Shown: positions 35,704-37,629 of the stretch, piece after piece
How positions within the stretch are numbered: position 1 is the first letter of the stretch
How the letters are laid out: every line of letters starts with the position of its first letter
Origin: a virus
Lineage: Duplodnaviria; Caudoviricetes
IMG/VR virus record: IMGVR_UViG_3300032233_001783
Coordinates: 1 to 37,629 of that record
Direction: 5' to 3' (one strand)
DNA length: 37,629 nt
Program-made: the position numbers and the translations under genes
The notes under the pieces: model-generated
Database searches by the model: none
Seen by the model: the letters and a program-made list of their open reading frames with translations, nothing else
What the model was told of the DNA's origin: nothing

Positions 35704-36387
35704 TTACGCAAACAATTGCTGCTCCTGTTCTGCGGGTGCGAGTGATGGTAATTGATACGATGCCCAGAATGACTGCGACAGCTTATAGGAGAACTGACGC
35801 CATGCGGTGCGACGCCAGCGAATAAGCTGATCCGCTTTCCGTAGTCTGGTAATCCACGGACGGATGCCAAAACTGCTATTTGCGGGTTCGGTTTCTTCAT
35901 AATGCCGCGACCAGTGGTAACTGAATTCGTCACGCGGAATCAGCAAGAGCAAACACGCAAGGTCAATAGGTAGGTCTTTATTGATCAGACTCTGAACGCA
36001 ACCGGGGAGGACAGAGTCTTCGCTGCCGTACAGCCACTCGTAGAGGTCTTCAGGGCGCACGGACTTCCGAAGGTCGTACAATTCATGTGCGAACTGTGTC
36101 ACACCATTCTCGGCACGAGACGCAAAGCGAATACCCGCATCCATATTCTCAGGTGTGCAGACATCCGCAATGTATGCGGTAGGTTTGTAGAAGTAGCTTA
36201 CCAAGAACGTGGCATGAATCTGCTCGTCGTTTAGCTTTGTGGAGAGACGATAGTAGAACTGCCGGTCACGTTGCGAGATAAGCGGAGGAGTCTTGATATG
36301 ACCACTATACTTCATGAAGTCATAGCTCTCGCTGGCGAAGTACATCCGATAGGACTTCGCGTACATAAACACATGTTCTGCGGTCAT
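35704..36387 (-). CDS. gp59: Helicase loader gp59
   Basis: Y...RMYF...YDFMKYSG..RDRQFYYRLSTK; T4 order 33-59-32. Confidence 0.8.
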   Translation of the reverse strand: MTAEHVFMYAKSYRMYFASESYDFMKYSGHIKTPPLISQRDRQFYYRLSTKLNDEQIHATFLVSYFYKPTAYIADVCTPENMDAGIRFASRAENGVTQFAHELYDLRKSVRPEDLYEWLYGSEDSVLPGCVQSLINKDLPIDLACLLLLIPRDEFSYHWSRHYEETEPANSSFGIRPWITRLRKADQLIRWRRTAWRQFSYKLSQSFWASYQLPSLAPAEQEQQLFA

Positions 36388-36611
36388 TAGAATGGCAGTT
36401 CGTTGCTTTTCTTGAGGAAGTGGAGACGATGCGCATCGTTCGCGAGTTCAGACTTGATCTTATCACCAAGTAGCGGTGCGATCAACTCTGGTTCAATCTT
36501 TCGCTGCTCACAGAAGTACAGTACGGCATCAAGGTACGTCATGCCCTTGTCCGTCACCAGTGAAAGAATGTGCTGTGCGAGTTTTTCTGATACGATAGTT
36601 TCAACAGGCAT
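36387..36611 (-). CDS. gp33: Late transcription coactivator gp33
   Basis: MTYLDAVLYFCEQRKIEPE.IA.LL..KIK..L..A..LHFLKK..LPF. Confidence 0.9.
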   Translation of the reverse strand: MPVETIVSEKLAQHILSLVTDKGMTYLDAVLYFCEQRKIEPELIAPLLGDKIKSELANDAHRLHFLKKSNELPF

Positions 36612-36642
36612 GATGGTCTACACAGATATACACGCAAGATTA

Positions 36643-37031
36643 TGTTGCGTCTATGGATACGCGCAACAATTAAGGTGCTGGTTTCTGTTGCCGAGAGAGC
36701 CAGCGTCTCCGACTGTCCGTAGACAATCAAGTGCGGCTACTAGGCCGCGAGTGCGTAACTGTTATCAGTTACTGTGTGTCTCTGTTTAACGTCAGCGACT
36801 TGACGATTGTCTCCATGTCGTTCTGCCAATACCCCGTCGAAGCCAGATCGCCCCCATCATCAACACACCACATCACCACGCGCTACCCACCCCAGTTTCC
36901 CCGTACAACGTCCACGTCAGCCGACGAATTAGGTTCTGGGCCTTAGCCTTGTCCGTGTGTGATGTGCTGATGGTGGAGGCGGCGGGAGTCGAACCCGCGT
37001 CCGCGATATCCGTTCAACACTTCATCGACAA
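36643..37031 (-). ncRNA. ssrA: Circularly permuted (two-piece) tmRNA gene: acceptor piece about 37031-36971, intervening segment 36970-36856, coding piece 36855 to about 36670
   Basis: GGACGCGGGTTCGACTCCCGCCGCCTCCACCA precedes GGGGGCGATCTGGCTTCGACGGGG; 7-bp acceptor stem with G3:U; tag frame TAACT-GAT AAC AGT TAC GCA CTC GCG GCC TAG = (A)DNSYALAA at 36766-36740; outer ends approximate. Confidence 0.92.
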
Positions 37032-37033
37032 TA

Positions 37034-37435
37034 TCAATATTTAGTCGGTATCTCGTTCAAATAGTTGATCGCGTTTTGTAATATTGTAGTGTTAGGAAAT
37101 GCACCTAACGCTCGATTACATGTGTGACAGAGCCAGCCCCGGAATTCTTTTGTTTCGTGGTCGTGGTCTACCGTCCACGGTGATGTGAATCTGTTTCCAG
37201 CATTTCTAACTTCGTCTTCTGTCTTTTGGCAGATGGGGCATGTATGATTTTTTGGTGACGGATACTGTTTGCGCAAGGCCTTGCGTTCGTTTGCCAACAT
37301 ACGTTCACATCGTTTGCACTCGGAACGAAGATAGTTGGCACCGCTGGCCACTGTGTATTCGTGTAATGGTAATTCGTTGCTACATTTACTACACTTTTTG
37401 GTTTCCTCTGTAGAAGGCCCGAATAAAGTATCCAT
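37034..37435 (-). CDS. Endonuclease VII-family (His-Me finger) nuclease with N-terminal Zn finger
   Basis: CSKC..CKRC; CPIC..VDHDHETKEFRGWLCHTCNRALG..A..YL. Confidence 0.88.
   Translation of the reverse strand: MDTLFGPSTEETKKCSKCSNELPLHEYTVASGANYLRSECKRCERMLANERKALRKQYPSPKNHTCPICQKTEDEVRNAGNRFTSPWTVDHDHETKEFRGWLCHTCNRALGAFPNTTILQNAINYLNEIPTKY
37038..37044 (-). promoter_or_regulatory. Late promoter motif (CTAAATA) for the tmRNA
   Basis: GACTAAATATTGATATTGTCGATG; predicted start near 37032 coincides with the start of the acceptor piece's helix-2 strand. Confidence 0.72.
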
Positions 37436-37446
37436 ATTTGGGTCAA

Positions 37447-37629
37447 CTACAGGCGGGTATATCTAGAATCAATCGGCGCAATCAGATCATCCCCCTCCAT
37501 CACATGCAAGACCGATGCAATTTTTGCCACCACATCACGAATCGCTTCGTTATTCATGGCAATATTGGCATAGTAAATCTTGCTGACCATATCTTCACAC
37601 CATTCGTGGTACTCGTTGACTGTTTGAAA
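37447..37629 (-). CDS. Hypothetical protein, 3' part (start outside window)
   Basis: Open frame FQTVNEYHEWCEDMVSKIYYANIAMNNEAIRDVVAKIASVLHVMEGDDLIAPIDSRYTRL* ending 11 nt before the next ATG. Confidence 0.6.
   Translation of the reverse strand, partial: FQTVNEYHEWCEDMVSKIYYANIAMNNEAIRDVVAKIASVLHVMEGDDLIAPIDSRYTRL

Noticed and set aside
36403-36946. + strand ORFs of 128 and 71 aa
   Set aside because: Antisense to gp33 and the tmRNA; no protein-like features
36971-37002. tRNA gene or attP-type tmRNA fragment
   Set aside because: No anticodon or D arm precedes the T arm; it pairs fully with the tmRNA 5' piece 115 nt downstream, and no integrase is in the window
37483-37495. GGGGGATGATCTG as an alternative 5' end of a standard tmRNA interrupted by the endonuclease
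   Set aside because: Pairs only 5 of 7 acceptor positions, lacks the TTCGAC motif and a tag frame, and lies inside an open reading frame (MEGDDL)
1-37629. Stop-codon reassignment, introns or inteins
   Set aside because: Core genes translate at expected lengths in the standard code with TAA, TAG and TGA all used as stops; no intein or intron signatures noticed

Overview
Fragment of a large T4-like (Tevenvirinae/cyanomyovirus-style) myovirus genome. 1-18.2 kb is a virion module: gp7-like, gp6, gp25, a peptidase M15 protein with a Ser/Pro tail, a split gp5, a hub protein, gp53, gp48, gp4, gp2, gp54-like, gp26/gp51, a tape-measure-like protein with a lysozyme domain, and gp3. It is followed by uvsY, uvsW, a structured intergenic region, an operon of six glycosyltransferase-like genes, gp55/gp47/gp46 and an orphan DNA methyltransferase. 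Next comes an accessory block (full-length Oar-type TonB-dependent receptor, Hsp20, Dps), then gp32/gp59/gp33, an RNA gene and an endonuclease VII-like ORF. Main observations not in the ORF track: (1) a complete circularly permuted (two-piece) tmRNA gene with its own late-promoter motif and a long self-paired intervening segment; (2) a canonical -1 frameshift cassette fusing gp26 to gp51 just upstream of the tape-measure-like gene, like lambda G/GT; (3) a phage-borne TonB-dependent receptor, Hsp20 and Dps, each behind a TAAATA late-promoter motif; (4) several apparently leaderless transcripts; (5) a candidate prohead-protease-processed polyprotein; (6) a possible virion glycosylation system. 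A host in Acidobacteriota (Vicinamibacteria-like) is inferred from recalled protein style only. All assignments are from motif recognition and synteny; no searches were run.
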